DNA of 64,000 bases from Eledone cirrhosa (GCA_964016885.1 OZ024744.1:108562001-108626000), one strand, 5' to 3'. Counted from the first letter of the stretch, positions 1-20,300 are shown. Numbers and translations are program-made. The notes: a model not told the origin generated them from the sequence alone.

Positions 1-3000
1 CAAACCCACATCTCACACAACACACACAACACACCCATATCTCACACAACACACACAACACACACAACACACCCACATTTCACACAACACACAACACACC
101 CATATCTCACACAACACACACAACACACCCACATTTCACACAACACACACAACACACCCATATCTCACACAACACCCACAACACACACACATTTCACACA
201 ACACACACCCACATCTCACACAACACACACAACACACCCACATCTCACACAACACACACAACACACCCACATTTCACACAACACACACAACACACCCAAA
301 TCTCATACAACACACACAACCCACCCACATTTCACACAACACACACAACCCACCCACATCTCACACAACACACACAACACACCCACATCTCACACAACAC
401 ACACAACCCACCCACATCTCTCACAACACACACAACACACACAACACACACATACACACCCACATCTCACACAACACACACAACACACCCACATCTCACA
501 CAACACACCCACATCTCACACAGCACACACATACACACCCACAGCTCACACAACACCCACATACATACCCACATCTCACACAACACACACATACACACCA
601 ACATCTTACACAACACACACATACACCCCCACATCTCACAACACACACATACACACCCACATCTCACACAACACGCACACCCACATCTCACACAACACCC
701 ACAACACACCCACATCTCACACAACACACACAACACACACACACACACACATCTCACACAACACACACACACATCACACACAACACACACATACACACAT
801 CTCACACAACACACACATACACACCCACATCACACACATACACACCCACATCTCTCACAACACCCACATACACACCAACATCTCACAACACACACATACA
901 CACCCACATCTCACACAACACACACAACACACACATACACACATCTCACACAACACACAAATACACACCCACATCTCACACAACACACATACACACCCAC
1001 ACCTCACACAACACACACAACACACACATATACACCCACATCTCACACAACACACACAACACACCCACATCTCACACAACACACACATACACAACCACAT
1101 CTCACAACACACACATACACACCCACATCTCACACAAGACGCACAGACACACCCATATCTCATACAACACACACAACCCACCCACATTTCACACAACACA
1201 CACAACCCACCCACATTTCACACAACACACACAACCCACCCACATCTCACACAACACACACAACACATCCACATCTCACAACACACACATATACACCCAC
1301 ATCTCACACCACACCCACATACACACCCACATCTCACACAACACACACATACACACCAACATCTTACACAACACACACATACACCCCCACATCTCACAAC
1401 ACACACATACACACCCACATCTCACACAACACACACACCCACATCTCACACAACACCCACAACACACCCACATCTCACACAACACACAAAACACACACAC
1501 ACATCTCACACAACACACACACATCACACATCTCACACAACACACACATACACACCCACATCACACACATACACACCCACATCTCACACAACACACACAA
1601 GACACACAACACACCCACATCTCACACAACACACACATACACACCCATATCTCACACAAAACACACACCCACATCTCACACAACACACACAACACACACA
1701 CATCTCACACAACACACACAACACACCCACATCTCACACAACACACACAACACACCCATATCTCACACAACACACACAACACACCCACATTTCACACAAC
1801 ACACACAACACACCCATATCTCACACAACACACACAACACACCCACATTTCACACAACACACACAACACACCCATATCTCACACAACACCCACAACACAC
1901 ACACATTTCACACAACACACACCCACATCTTACACAACACACACAACACACCCACATCTCACACAACACACACAACACACCCACATTTCACACAACACAC
2001 ACAACACACCCATATCTCATACAACACACACAACCCACCCACATTTCACACAACACACACAACCCACCCACATTTCACACAACACACACAACCCACCCAC
2101 ATCTCACACAACACACACAACACACCCACATCTCACACAACACACACAACACACACAACACACACATACACACCCACATCTCACACAACACACACAACAC
2201 ACCCACATCTCACACAACACACCCACATCTCACACAGCACACACATACACACCCACAGCTCACACAACACCCACATACACACCCACATCTCACACAACAC
2301 ACACATACACACCAACATCTTACACAACACACACACATACACCCCCACATCTCACAACACACACATACACACCCACATCTCACACAACACACGCACCCAC
2401 ATCTCACACAACACCGACAACACAGCCACATCTCACAACACACACACACACACACACACATCTCACACAACACACACACATCACACACAACACACACATA
2501 CACACATCTCACACAACACACACATACACACCCACATCACACACATACACACCCACATCTCACACAACACCCACATACACACCAACATCTCACAACACAC
2601 ACATACACACCCACATCTCACACAACACACATACACACCCACACCTCACACAACACACACAACACACACATACACACCCACATCTCACACAACACACATA
2701 ACACACCCACATCTCACACAACACACACATACACACCCACATCTCACAACAGACACATACACACCCACATCTCACACAAGACACACATACACACCCATAT
2801 CTCATACAACACACACAACCCACCCACATTTCACACAACACACACAACCCACCCACATCTCACACAACACACACAACACACCCACATCTCACACAACACA
2901 CACAACCCACCCACATCTCTCACAACACACACAACACACACAACACACACATACACACCCACATCTCACACAACACACACAACACACACACATCTCACAC

Positions 3001-6000
3001 AACACACCCACATCTCACACAGCACACACATACACACCCACAGCTCACACAACACCCACATACACACCCACATCTCACACAACACACACATACACACCAA
3101 CATCTTACACAACACACACATACACCCCCACATCTCACAACACACACATACACACCCACATCTCACACAACACACACACCCACATCTCACACAACACACA
3201 CACCCACATCTCACACAACACCCACAACACACCCACATCTCACACAACACACACAACACACACACACACACACATCTCACACAACACACACACATCGCAC
3301 ACAACACACACATACACACATCTCACACAACACACACATACACACCCACATCACACACATACACACCCACATCTCACACAACACCCACATACACACCAAC
3401 ATCTCACAACACACACATACACACCCACATCTCACACAACACACACAACACACACAACACACCCACATCTCACACAACACACACATACACACCCACATCT
3501 CACAACACACACATACACACCCACATCTCACACAAGACACACATACACACCCACATCTCACACAACACACACACACATCTTACACAGCACACAGATACAC
3601 ACCCACATCTCACAACACACACATACACACCCACATCTCACATAACAAACACATACACACCCACATCTCACACAACACACACAACATATCCACATCTCAC
3701 ACAACACACACAACACACAAACACATCTCACAAAACACACACATACACTCCCACATCTCACAAAACACACACATACACACCCACATCTCACAACAAACAC
3801 ATACACCACAACATCTCACACAACACACACACACATCTCACACAACACACACAACACACCTCTATCTCACACAACACACACATACACACCCACATCTCAC
3901 ACAACACACACATACACACCCACATCTCACATAACAAACACATACACACCCACATCTCACACAACACACACAACATATCCACATCTCACACAACACACAC
4001 AACACACAAACACATCTCGAAAAACACACACATACACTCCCACATCTCACACAACACACACATACACACATCTCACAACACACACATACACTCCCACATC
4101 TCACACAACACACACAACATATCCACATCTCACACAACACACACAACACACAAACACATCTCACAAAACACACACATACACTCCCACATCTCACACAACA
4201 CACACATACACACTCACAGCTCACACAACACCCACATACACACCCACATCTCACACAACACACACATACACACCAACATCTTACACAACACACACATACA
4301 CCCCCACATCTCACAACACACACATACACACCCACATCTCACACAACACACACACCCACATCTCACACAACACCCACAACACACCCACATCTCACACAAC
4401 ACACACAACACACACACACACACACATCTCACACAACACACACACATCACACACAACACACACATACACACATCTCACACAACACACACATACACACCCA
4501 CATCACACACATACACAGCCACATCTCACACAACACCCACATACACACCAACATCTCACAACACACACATACACACCCACATCTCACACAAAACACACAA
4601 CACACACATACACACATCTCACACAACACACACATACACACCAACATCTCACACAACACACACAACACACACATACACACATCTCACACAACACACACAT
4701 ACACACCCACATCTCACACAACACACATACACACCCACACCTCACACAACACACACAACACACGCATACACACCCACATCTCACACAGCACACACAACAC
4801 ACCCACATCTCACACAACACACACATACACACCCACATCTCACAACACACACATACACACCCACATCTCACACAAGACACACATACACACCCACATCTCA
4901 CACAACACATACACACATCTCACACAGCACACGCATACACACCCACATCTCACAACACACACATACACACCCACATCTCACATAACAAACACATACACAC
5001 CCACATCTCACACAACACACACAACACACAAACACATCTCACAAAACACACACATACACTCCCACATCTCACACAACACACACATACACACCCACATCTC
5101 ACAACAAACACATACACCCCAACATCTCACACAACACACACACACATCTCACACAACACACACAACACACCTCTATCTCACACAACACACACATACACAC
5201 CCACATCTCACACAACACACACATACACACCCACATCTCACATAACAAACACATACACACCCACATCTCACACAACACACACAACATATCCACATCTCAC
5301 ACAACACACACAACACAAAAACATCTCGAAAAACACACACATACACTCCCACATCTCACACAACACACACATATACACCCACATCTCACAACACACACAT
5401 ACACTCCCACATCTCACACAACACACACAACATATCCACATCTCACACAACACACACAACACACAAACACATCTCACAAAACACACACATACACTCCCAC
5501 ATCTCACACAACACACACATACACACATCTCACACAGCACACACATATACACCCACATCTCACAACACACACATACACTCCCACAACACACAGAACACAC
5601 ACAACACTCACAACACACCCACATCTCACACAACACACACATACACACCCACATCTAACACAACACACACACACATACACACCCACATCTCACAACACAC
5701 ACATACACTCCCACAACACACAGAACACACACAACACACACATACACACCCACATCTCACACAACACACACATACACACCCACATCTCACAAAACACACA
5801 CAACACACCCACATCTCACACAACACACACATACACACCCACATGTCACACAACACACACACATCTCACACAACACACACAACGCACACATACACACATC
5901 TCACACAACACGCACATACACACCCACCTCTCACACAACACACATACACACCCAGATCTCACACAACACACCCACATCTCACAACACACACATATACACC

Positions 6001-9000
6001 CACATCTCACACAACACACACATACACACCCACATCTCACAACACACACATACACACCCACATCTCACAACACACATACACACCCACATCTCACACAACA
6101 CACACATACACACCCACATCTCACACAACACACACACACACATCTCACACAGCACACACATACACACCCACATCTCTCAACACACACATACACACCCACA
6201 TCTCACACAACAAACACATACACCCCAACATCTCACACAACACACACATACACACACACATCACACACAACACACACAACACACCTCCATCACACACAAC
6301 ACACACATACACACCCACATCTCACAACACACACATACACACCCACATCTCACACAACACACACATATACACCCACATCTCACAACACACACATACACAC
6401 CCACATCTCACACAACACACACAACACACACATACACACATCTCACACAACACACACATACACACCCACATCTCACACAACACACATACACACCCACACC
6501 TCACACAACACACACAACACACACATACACACCCACATCTCACACAACACACACAACACACCCACATCTCACACAACACACACATACACACCCACATCTC
6601 ACAACAGACACATACACACCCACATCTCACACAAGACACACATCCACACCCATATCTCATACAACACACACAACCCACCCACATTTCACACAACACACAC
6701 AACCCACCCACATCTCACACAACACACCCAACACACCCACATCTCACACAACACACACAACACACACACACACACACACATCTCACACAACACACACACA
6801 TCACACACAACACACACATACACACATCTCACACAACACACACATACACACCCACATCACACACATACACACCCACATCTCACACAACACCCACATACAC
6901 ACCAACATCTCACAACACACACATACACACCCACATCTTACACAACACACACAACACACACATACACACATCTCACACAACACACACATACACACCCACA
7001 TCTCACACAACACACACAACACACACATACACACATCTCACACAACACACACATACACACCCACATCTCACACAACACACATACACACCCACACCTCACA
7101 CAACACACACAACACACGCATACACACCCACATCTCACACAGCACACACAACACACCCACATCTCACACAACACACACATACACACCCACATCTCACAAC
7201 ACACACATACACACCCACATCTCACACAAGACACACATACACACCCACATCTCACACAACACATACACACATCTCACACAGCACACACATACACACCCAC
7301 ATCTCACAACACACACATACACACCCACATCTCACATAACAAACACATACACACCCACATCTCACACAACACACACAACATATCCACATCTCACACAACA
7401 CACACAACACACAAACACATCTCACAAAACACACACATACACTCCCACATCTCACACAACACACACATACACACCCACATCTCACAACAAACACATACAC
7501 CCCAACATCTCACACAACACACACACACATCTCACACAACACACACAACACACCTCTATCTCGCACAACACACACATACACACCCACATCTCACACAACA
7601 CACACATACACACCCACATCTCACATAACAAACACATACACACCCACATCTCACACAACACACACAATATATCCACATCTCACACAACACACACAACACA
7701 AAAACATCTCGAAAAACACACACATACACTCCCACATCTCACACAACACACACATATACACCCAGATCTCACAACACACACATACACTCCCACATCTCAC
7801 ACAACACACACAACATATCCACATCTCACACAACACACACAACACACAAACACATCTCACAAAACACACACATACACTCCCACATCTCACACAACACACA
7901 CATACACACATCTCACACAGCACACACATATACACCCACATCTCACAACACACACATACACTCCCACAACACACAGAACACACACAACACACACAACACA
8001 CCCACATCTCACACAACACACACATACACACCCACATCTAACACAACACACACACACATACACACCCACATCTCACAACACACACATACACACCCACATC
8101 TCACACAACACACACATACACACCCACATCTCACAAAACACACACAACACACCCACATCTCACACAACACACACATACACACCCACATGTCACACAACAC
8201 ACACACATCTCACACAACACACACAACGCACACATACACACATCTCACACAACACACACATACACACCCACCTCTCACACAACACACATACACACCCAGA
8301 TCTCACACAACACACCCACATCTCACAACACACACATACACACCCACATCTCACACAACACACACATACACACCCACATCTCACAACACACACATACACA
8401 CCCACATCTCACAACACACATACACACCCACATCTCACACAACACACACATACACACCCACATCTCACACAACACACACACACACATCTCACACAGCACA
8501 CACATACACACCCACATCTCTCAACACACACATACACACCCACATCTCACACAACAAACACATACACCCCAACATCTCACACAACACACACATACACACA
8601 CACATCACACACAACACACACAACACACCTCCATCACACACAACACACACATACACACCCACATCTCACAACACACACATACACACCCACATCTCACACA
8701 ACACACACATATACACCCACATCTCACAACACACACATACACACCCACATCTCACACAACACACACAACACACACATACACACATCTCACACAACACACA
8801 CATACACACCCACATCTCACACAACACACATACACACCCACACCTCACACAACACACACAACACACACATACACACCCACATCTCACACAACACACACAA
8901 CACACCCACATCTCACACAACACACACATACACACCCACATCTCACAACAGACACATACACACCCACATCTCACACAAGACACACATCCACACCCATATC

Positions 9001-12000
9001 TCATACAACACACACAACCCACCCACATTTCACACAACACACACAACCCACCCACATCTCACACAACACACCCAACACACCCACATCTCACACAACACAC
9101 ACAACCCACCCACATCTCTCACAACACACACAACACACACAACACACACATACACACCCACATCTCACACAACACACCCACATCTCACACAACACACCCA
9201 CATCTCACACAGCACACACATACACACCCACAGCTCACACAACACCCACATACACACCCACATCTCACACAACACACACATACACACCAACATCTTACAC
9301 AACACACACATACACCCCCACATCTCACAACACACACATACAGACCCACATCTCACACAACACACACACCCACATCTCACACAACACCCACAACACACCC
9401 ACATCTCACACAACACACACAACACACACACACACACATCTCACACAACACACACACATCGCACACAACACACACATACACACATCTCACACAACACACA
9501 CATACACACCCACATCACACACATACACACCCACATCTCACACAACACCCACATACACACCAACATCTCACAACACACACATACACACCCACATCTCACA
9601 CAACACACACAACACACACATACACACATCTCACACAACACACACATACACACCCACATCTCACACAACACACATACACACCCACCCCTCACACAACACA
9701 CACAACACACACATACACACCCACATCTCACACAACACACACAACACACCCACATCTCACACAACACACACATACACACCCACATCTCACAACACACACA
9801 TACACACCCACATCTCACACAAGACACACATACACACCCACATCTCACACAACACACACACACATCTTACACAGCACACAGATACACACCCACATCTCAC
9901 AACACACACATACACACCCACATCTCACATAACAAACACATACACACCCACATCTCACACAACACACACAACATATCCACATCTCACACAACACACACAA
10001 CACACAAACACATCTCACAAAACACACACATACACTCCCACATCTCACACAACACACACATACACACCCACATCTCACAACAAACACATACACCCCAACA
10101 TCTCACACAACACACACACACATCTCACACAACACACACAACACACCTCTATCTCACACAACACACACATACACACCCACATCTCACACAACACACACAT
10201 ACACACCCACATCTCACATAACAAACACATACACACCCACATCTCACACAGCACACACAACATATCCACATCTCACACAATACACACAACACACAAACAC
10301 ATCTCACAAAACACACACATACACTCCCACATCTCACACAACACACACATACACACATCTCAAACAACACACACATATACACCCACATCTCACAACACAC
10401 ACATACACTCCCACATCTCACACAACACACACAACATATCCACATCTCACACAACACACACAACACACAAACACATCTCACAAAACACACACATACACTC
10501 CCACATCTCACACAACACACACATACACACATCTCACACAACACACACATATACACCCACATCTCACAACACACACATACACTCCCACAACACACACAAC
10601 ACACACAACACACACAACCCACCCACATCTCTCACAACACACACAACACACACAACACACACATACACACCCACATCTCACACAACACACACAACACACC
10701 CACATCTCACACGACACAGCCACATCTCACACAGCACACACATACACACCCACATCTCACACAACACACACATACACACCAACATCTTACACAACATACA
10801 CATACACCCCCACATCTCACAACACACACATACACACCCACATCTCACACAACACACACACCCACATCTCACACAACACCCACAACACACCCACATCTCA
10901 CACAACACACACAACACACACACACACACACATCTCACACAACACACACACATCACACACAACACACACATACACACATCTCACACAACACACACATACA
11001 CACCCACATCACACACATACACACCCACATCTCACACAACACCCACATACATACCAACATCTCACAACACACACATACACACCCACATCTCACACAACAC
11101 ACACAACACACACATACACACATCTCATACAACACACACATACACACCCACATCTCAAACAACACACACAACACACACATACACACATCTCACACAACAC
11201 ACACATACACACCCACATCTCACACAACACACATACACACCCACACCTCACACAACACACACAACACACGCATACACACCCACATCTCACACAACACACA
11301 CAACACACCCACATCTCACAACACACACATACACACCCACATCTCACACAAGACACACATACACACCCACATCTCACACAACACACACACACATCTCACA
11401 CAGCACACACATACACACCCACATCTCACAACACACACATACACACCCACATCTCACATAACAAACACATACACACCCACATCTCACACAACACACACAA
11501 CATATCCACATCTCACACAACACACACAACACACAAACACATCTCACAAAACACACACATACACTCCCACATCTCACACAACACACACATACACACCCAC
11601 ATCTCACAACAAACACATACACCCCAACATCTCACACAACACACACACACATCTCACACAACACACACAACACACCTCTATCTCACACAACACACACATA
11701 GAGACCCACATCTCACACAACACACACATACACACCCACATCTCACATAACAAACACATACACACCCACATCTCACACAACACACACAACATATCCACAT
11801 CTCACACAACACACACAACACACAAGCATCTCGAAAAACACACACATACACTCCCACATCTCACACAACACACACATATACACCCACATCTCACAACACA
11901 CACATACACTCCCACATCTCACACAACACACACAACATATCCACATCTCACACAACACACACAACACACAAACACATCTCACAAAACACACACATACACT

Positions 12001-13865
12001 CCCACATCTCACACAACACACACATACACACATCTCACACAGCACACACATATACACCCACATCTCACAACACACACATACACTCCCACAACACACACAA
12101 CACACACAACACACACAACACACCCACATCTCACACAACACACACATACACACCCACATCTAACACAACACACACATACACACACATACACACCCACATC
12201 TCACAACACACACATACACACCCACATCTCACACAACACAGACATACACACCCACATCTCACAAAACACACACAACACACCCACATCTCACACAACACAC
12301 ACATACACACCCACATGTCACACAACACACACACATCTCACACAACACACACAACACACACATACACACATGTCACACAACACACACATACACACCCACC
12401 TCTCACACAACACACATACACACCCACATCTCACACAACACACCCACATCTCACAACACACACATACACACCCACATCTCACACAACACACACATACACA
12501 CCCACATCTCACAACACACGCATACACACCCACATCTCACACAACACAAAAATACACACCCACATCTCACAACACACACATACACACCCACATCTCACAC
12601 AACACACACATACACACCCACATCTCACACAACACACACAACACACCAACATCTCACACAACACACACATACACACCCACATCTCACACAACACACACAT
12701 ACACACCCACATCTCACAACACACACATACACACCCACATCTCACAACACACATACACACCCACATCTCACACAACACACACATACACACCCACATCTCA
12801 CACAACACACACACACACATCTCACACAGCACACACATACACACCCACATCTCACAACACACACATACACACCCACATCTCACACAACAAACACATACAC
12901 CCCGACATCTCACACAACACACACATACACACACACATCACACACAACACACACAACACACCTCCATCTCACACAACACACACATACACACCCACATCTC
13001 ACAACACACACATACACACCCACATCTCACACAACACACACATATACACCCACATCTCACAACACACACATACACACCCACATCTCACACAACAAACACA
13101 TACACACCCACATCTCACAACACACACATACACACCCACATCTCACACATACACACATACACACATCTCACACAACACACACATACACACGCACATCTCA
13201 CACAACAAACAAATACACACCCACATCTCACACAACACACACAACACACACAACACACCCAAATCTCACACAACAAACACATACACACCCACATCTCACA
13301 CAACACACACAACATATCCACATCTCACACAACACACACAACACACAAACACATCTCACAAAACACACACATACACTCCCACATCTCACACAACACACAC
13401 ATACACACATCTCACACAACACACACATATACACCCACATCTCACAACACACACATACACTCCCACGTCTCACACAACACACACAACACACACAACACAC
13501 CCAGATCTCACACAACACACACATACACAACCACATCTCACACAACACACACAACATACCCACATCTCACACAACACACACATACACAACCACATCTCAC
13601 ACAACACACACAACATACCCACATCTCACACAACACACACATACACACCCACATCTCACACAACACACACATACACACCCACATCTCACACATAACACAC
13701 AACACACCCACATCTCACACAACACACACAACACACACACACACACCCACATCTGACACAGCACACACACAAAACACCCACATCTCACACAACACACACA
13801 TACACAGCCACATCTCACACATAACACACAACACACCCAAATGAAAATGCCACACACACACACAA
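1..13865. repeat. CA-rich compound minisatellite; core CCCACATCTCACACAACACACA with variable spacers (CATACACA / CAACACA)
   Basis: Seen directly: the core recurs hundreds of times and the + strand has almost no G. Rare variants (ctctatct, catgtcac, tctcgaaa) recur in kb-scale duplicated blocks. The window starts inside the array. Confidence 0.95.
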
Positions 13866-14224
13866 GACTTAACAGTCGAAATGCAGTAGCATTCATCACC
13901 TCTCTTGCATTGGTCTAAGCCAATGAGCCTCAAATGATCGGATGTCAGTGGTCAATACCCTACCATCTTCAATGAAGAAGGCTTTGCACTTCGATCAATT
14001 CAGTGAAGGGGACCGTCTTTTCCTTGTCGCTCCGTTTGCTATCGGTCACCCCACCGGTGGGGCCGATGGAAGTGACTTTTCACCAACGACTATAGTCAAG
14101 GATAATAATTTGACCTTTGATTAGGTGCCTATTCGAAATGTGACCCAACAGTAATAACAACACTATATTACATCACAGTATTAACAACACTATATTTTAA
14201 TATATTACAGTATTAACAACATTA

Positions 14225-14395
14225 TCAGTACAGGATCGGATGCCATGTTTTGACGCATAGAGTTATGGCCCTTGCCATTCTGAGTTCGAAGCCCGCTGAC
14301 GTTAACTTTACCTTTCATCCTTACGGGGCCGATAAAATAAATTACCAGTAATTCACTGAGATAATTGCTGGCCTTGTGCCAAAAGTAGAAACAAT
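14225..14395 (+). mobile_element. tRNA-derived SINE, family A (core cctttcatccttacggggtcgataaaataaagtaccagt)
   Basis: Matches the fuller copies at 58171-58566; B-box-like gagttcgaagccc; 3' end gccaaaagtagaaacaa. Confidence 0.85.
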
Positions 14396-17300
14396 TATAT
14401 TATATTACGGTAATAACAACACTATATTATATTACAGTAATAACAACACTATATTATATTACAGTAATAACAACACTATATTATATTACAGTAATAACAA
14501 CACTATATTATATTACAGTAATAACAATACTATATTATATTACAGTAATAACAACATTATATTATATTACAGTAATAACAACACTATATTATATTACAGT
14601 AATAACAACACTATATTATATTACAGTAATAACAACACTATATTATATTACAGAAATAACAACACTATATTATATTACAGTAATAACAACACTATATTAT
14701 ATTACAGTAATAACAACACTATAATATATTACATTAATAACAACGCTATAGTATATTACAGTAATAACAACAGTATATTATATTAGAGTAATAACAACAC
14801 TATATTATATTAGAGTAATAACAACACTATAGTATATTACAGTGGTAACAACAGTATATTATATTACAGTATTAACAACACTATATTATATTACAGTAAT
14901 GACAACACTATATTATATTACAGTAATAACAACAAACATATTATATTACAGTAATAACAACACTATATTATATTAGAGTAATAACAACACTATATTGTAT
15001 TACAGTAATAACAACACTATATTATATTACAGTAATAACAACACTATATTATATTACAGTAATAACAACACTATATTATATTACTGTAATAACAACAATA
15101 TATTATATTACAGTAATAACAACACTATATTATATTACAGTAATAACAACACTATATTATATTACAGTAATAACAACAGTATATTATATTACAGTAATAA
15201 CAACAGTATATTATATTACAGTAATAACAACACTATAATATATTACAGTAATAACAACACTATAATATATTACAGTAATAACAACACTATATTATATTAC
15301 AGTAATAACAAGACTATATTATATTACAGTAATAACAACACTATATTATATTACAGTAATAACAACACTATATTATATTACAGTATTGACAACACTATAT
15401 TATATTATATTACAGTGATAACAACACTATATTATATTATATTACAGTCCTAACAACACTATATTATATTACAGTAATAACAACACTATATTATATTACA
15501 GTAATAACAACACTATATTATATTACAGTAATAACAACACTATATTATATTACAGTATTAACAACACTATATTATATTACAGTAATAACAACACTATATT
15601 ATATTACAGTATTAACAACACTATATTATATTACAGTAATAAGAACACTATATTATATTACAATAATAACAACACTATATTATATTACAGTAATAACAAA
15701 ACTATATTATATTACAGTAATAACAACATTATTTTATATTTCTGTAATAACAACACTATATTATATTACAGTAATAACAATACTATATTATATTACAGTA
15801 ATAACAACATTATATTATATTACAGTAATAACAACACTATATTATATTACAGTAATAACAACACTATATTATATTACAGTAATAACAACACTATAATATA
15901 TTACAGTAATAACAACACTATATTATATTACAGTAATAACAACAGTATATTATATTACAGTAATAACAACACTATATTATATTACAGTAATAACAACACT
16001 GTATTATATTGCAGTAATAACAACACTATATTATATTACAGTAATAACAACACTATATTATATTACAGTAATAACAACACTATAATATATTACAGTAATA
16101 ACAACACTATAGTATATTACAGTAATAACAACAGTATATTTTATTAGAGTAATAACAACACTATATTATATTAGTGTAATAACAACACTATAGTATATTA
16201 CAGTAATAACAACACTATAATATATTACAGTAATAACAACACTATAGTATATTACAGTAATAACAACAGTATATTATATTAGAGTAATAACAACACTATA
16301 TTTTATTAGAGTAATAACAACACTATAGTATATTACAGTAATAACAACAGTATATTATATTACAGTAATAACAACACTATATTATATTAGAGTAATAACA
16401 ACACTATAGTTTATAACAGTAATAACAACATTATTTTATATTACAGTAATAACAACACTATATTATATTACAGTAATAACAACACTATATTATATTATAT
16501 TACAGTGATAACAACACTATATTATATTATATTACAGTCCTAACAACACTATATTATATTACAGTAATAACAACACTATATTATATTACAGTAATAACAA
16601 CACTATATTATATTACAGTAATAACAACACTATATTATATTACAGTATTAACAACACTATATTATATTACAGTAATAACAACACTATATTATATTACAGT
16701 ATTAACAACACTATATTATATTACAGTAATAACAACACTATATAATATTACAGTAATAACAACACTATATTATATTACAGTGATAACAACACTATATTAT
16801 GTTACAGTAATAACAACACTATATTATATTACAGTAATAACAACACTATATTATATTACAGTAATAACAACACTATATTATATTACAGTAATAACAACAC
16901 TATATTATATTACAGTGATAACAACACTATATTATATTACAGTAATAACAACACTATATTATATTACAGTAATAACAACACTATATTATATTACAGTAAC
17001 AACAACACTATATTATATTACAGTAACAACAACACTATAATATATTACAGTAATAACAACACTATATTATATTACGGTAATAACAACACTATATTATATT
17101 ACAGTAATAACAACACTATATTATATTACAGTAATAACAACACTATATTATATTACAGTAATAACAACACTATATTATATTACAGTATTAACAACACTAT
17201 ATTATATTACAGTAATAACAACACTATATTATATTACAGTATTAACAACACTATATTATATTACAGTAATAACAACACTATATAATATTACAGTAATAAC

Positions 17301-20300
17301 AACACTATATTATATTACAGTGATAACAACACTATATTATATTACAGTAATAACAACACTATATTATATTACAGTAATAACAACACTATATTATATTACA
17401 GTAATAACAACACTATATTATATTACAGTAACAACGACACTATATTATATTACAGTAATAACAACACTATATTATATTAAAGTAATAACAACACTATAAT
17501 ATATTACAGTAATAACAACACTATAGTATATTACAGTAATAACAACAGTATATTATATTAGAGTAATAACAACACTATATTTTATTAGAGTAATAACAAC
17601 ACTATAGTATATTACAGTAATAACAACAGTATATTATATTACAGTAATAACAACACTATATTATATTAGAGTAATAACAACACTATAGTATATTACAGTA
17701 ATAACAACAGTATATTATATTACAGTAATAACAACACTATAATATATTACAGTATTAACAACACTATATTATATTACAGTAATAACAACACCATATTATA
17801 TTACAGTAATAACAACACTATATTATATTACAGTAATAACAACACTATATTATATTACAGTAATAACAACACTATATTATATTACAGTAATAACAACACT
17901 ATATTATATTACAGTAATAACAACACTATATTATATTACAGTATTGACAACACTATATTATATTATATTACAGTGATAACAACACTATATTATATTATAT
18001 TACAGTCCTAACAACACTATATTATATTACAGTAATAACAACACTATATTATATTACAGTAATAACAACACTATATTATATTACAGTAATAACAACACTA
18101 TATTATATTACAGTAATAACAACACTATAATATATTACAGTAATAACAACACTATAGTATATTACAGTAATAACAACAGTATATTATATTACAGTAATAA
18201 CAACACTATATTATATTACAGTAATAACAACACTATATTATATTGCAGTAATAACAACACTATATTATATTACAGTAATAACAACACTATATTATATTAC
18301 AGTAATAACAACATTATATTATGTTACAGTAATAAGAACACTATATTATATTACAGTAATAACAACACTATATTATATTACAGTAATAACAACACTATAT
18401 TATATTACAGTAATAACAACACTATATTATATTACAGTAATAACAACACTATATTATATTACAGTAATAACAACACTATATTATTTTACACTATTAACAA
18501 CACTATATTATATTACAGTAATAGCAACACTATTATATATTATAGTAATAACAACACTATATTATATTACAGTAATAACAACACTATATTATATCATATG
18601 ACAGTATTAACAACACTATATTATATTACAGTAATAACAACACTATATTATATTACAGTAATAACAACACTATATTATATTACAGTAATAACAACACTAT
18701 ATTATATTACAATAATAACAACACTATATTATATTACAGTAATAACAACACTTAATTATATTACAGTAATAACAACACTATATTATATTACAGTAATAAC
18801 AACACTAGATTATATTACAGTAATAACAACACTATATTATATTACAGTAATAACAACACTGTATTATATTGCAGTAATAACAACACTATATTATATTACA
18901 GTAATAACAACACTATATTATATTACAGTAATAACAACACTATAATATATTACAGTAATAACAACACTATAGTATATTACAGTAATAACAACAGTATATT
19001 ATATTAGAGTAATAACAACTCTATATTATATTAGAGTAATAACAACACTATAGTATATTACAGTAATAACAACAGTATATTATATTACAGTAATAACAAC
19101 ACAATATTATGTTAGAGTAATAACAACACTATATTATATTACAGTAATAACAACACTATAATATATTACAGAACTAACAACACTATAGTATATTACAGTA
19201 ATAACAACAGTATATTATATTACAGTAATAACAACACTATATTATATTAGAGTAATAACAACACTATAGTATATTACAGTAATAACAACAGTATATTATA
19301 TTACAGTAATAACTACACTATAATATATTACAGTATTAACAACACTATATTATATTACAGTATTAACAACACTATATTATATTACAGTAATAACAACACT
19401 ATAATATATTATAGTAATAACAACACTATATTATATTACAGTAATAACAACACTATATTATATTACAGTAATAACAACACTATATTATATTACAGTAATA
19501 ACAACACTATATTATATTACAGTAATAACAACACTATAAAATATTACAGTAATATCAACACTATATTATATTACAGTAATAACAACAGTATATCATATTA
19601 CAGTAATAACAACACTATACTATATTACAGTAATAACAACACTATATTATATTGCAGTAATAACAACACTATATTATATTACAGTAATAACAACACTATA
19701 TTATATTACAGTAATAACAACACTATATTATATTACAGTAATAACAACACTATATTATATTACAGTGATAACAACACTATATTATATTACAGTAATAACA
19801 ACACTATATTATATTACAGTAATAACAACACTATATTATATTACAGTAACAACAACACTATATTATATTACAGTAACAACAACACTATAATATATTACAG
19901 TAATAACAACACTATATTATATTACGGTAATAACAACACTATATTATATTACAGTAATAACAACACTATATTATATTACAGTAATAACAACACTATATTA
20001 TATTACAGTAATAACAACACTATATTATATTACAGTATTAACAACACTATATTATATTACAGTAATAACAACACTATATTATATTACAGTATTAACAACA
20101 CTATATTATATTACAGTAATAACAACACTATATAATATTACAGTAATAACAACACTATATTATATTACAGTGATAACAACACTATATTATATTACAGTAA
20201 TAACAACACTATATTATATTACAGTAATAACAACACTATATTATATTACAGTAATAACAACACTATATTATATTATAGTAACAACGACACTATATTATAT

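Noticed and set aside
467-13933. Cys/Val-rich and His/Thr-rich ORFs up to 581 aa
   Set aside because: Translations of the CA minisatellite; open in many frames only because stops are rare; not metallothionein, keratin or His-rich genes.
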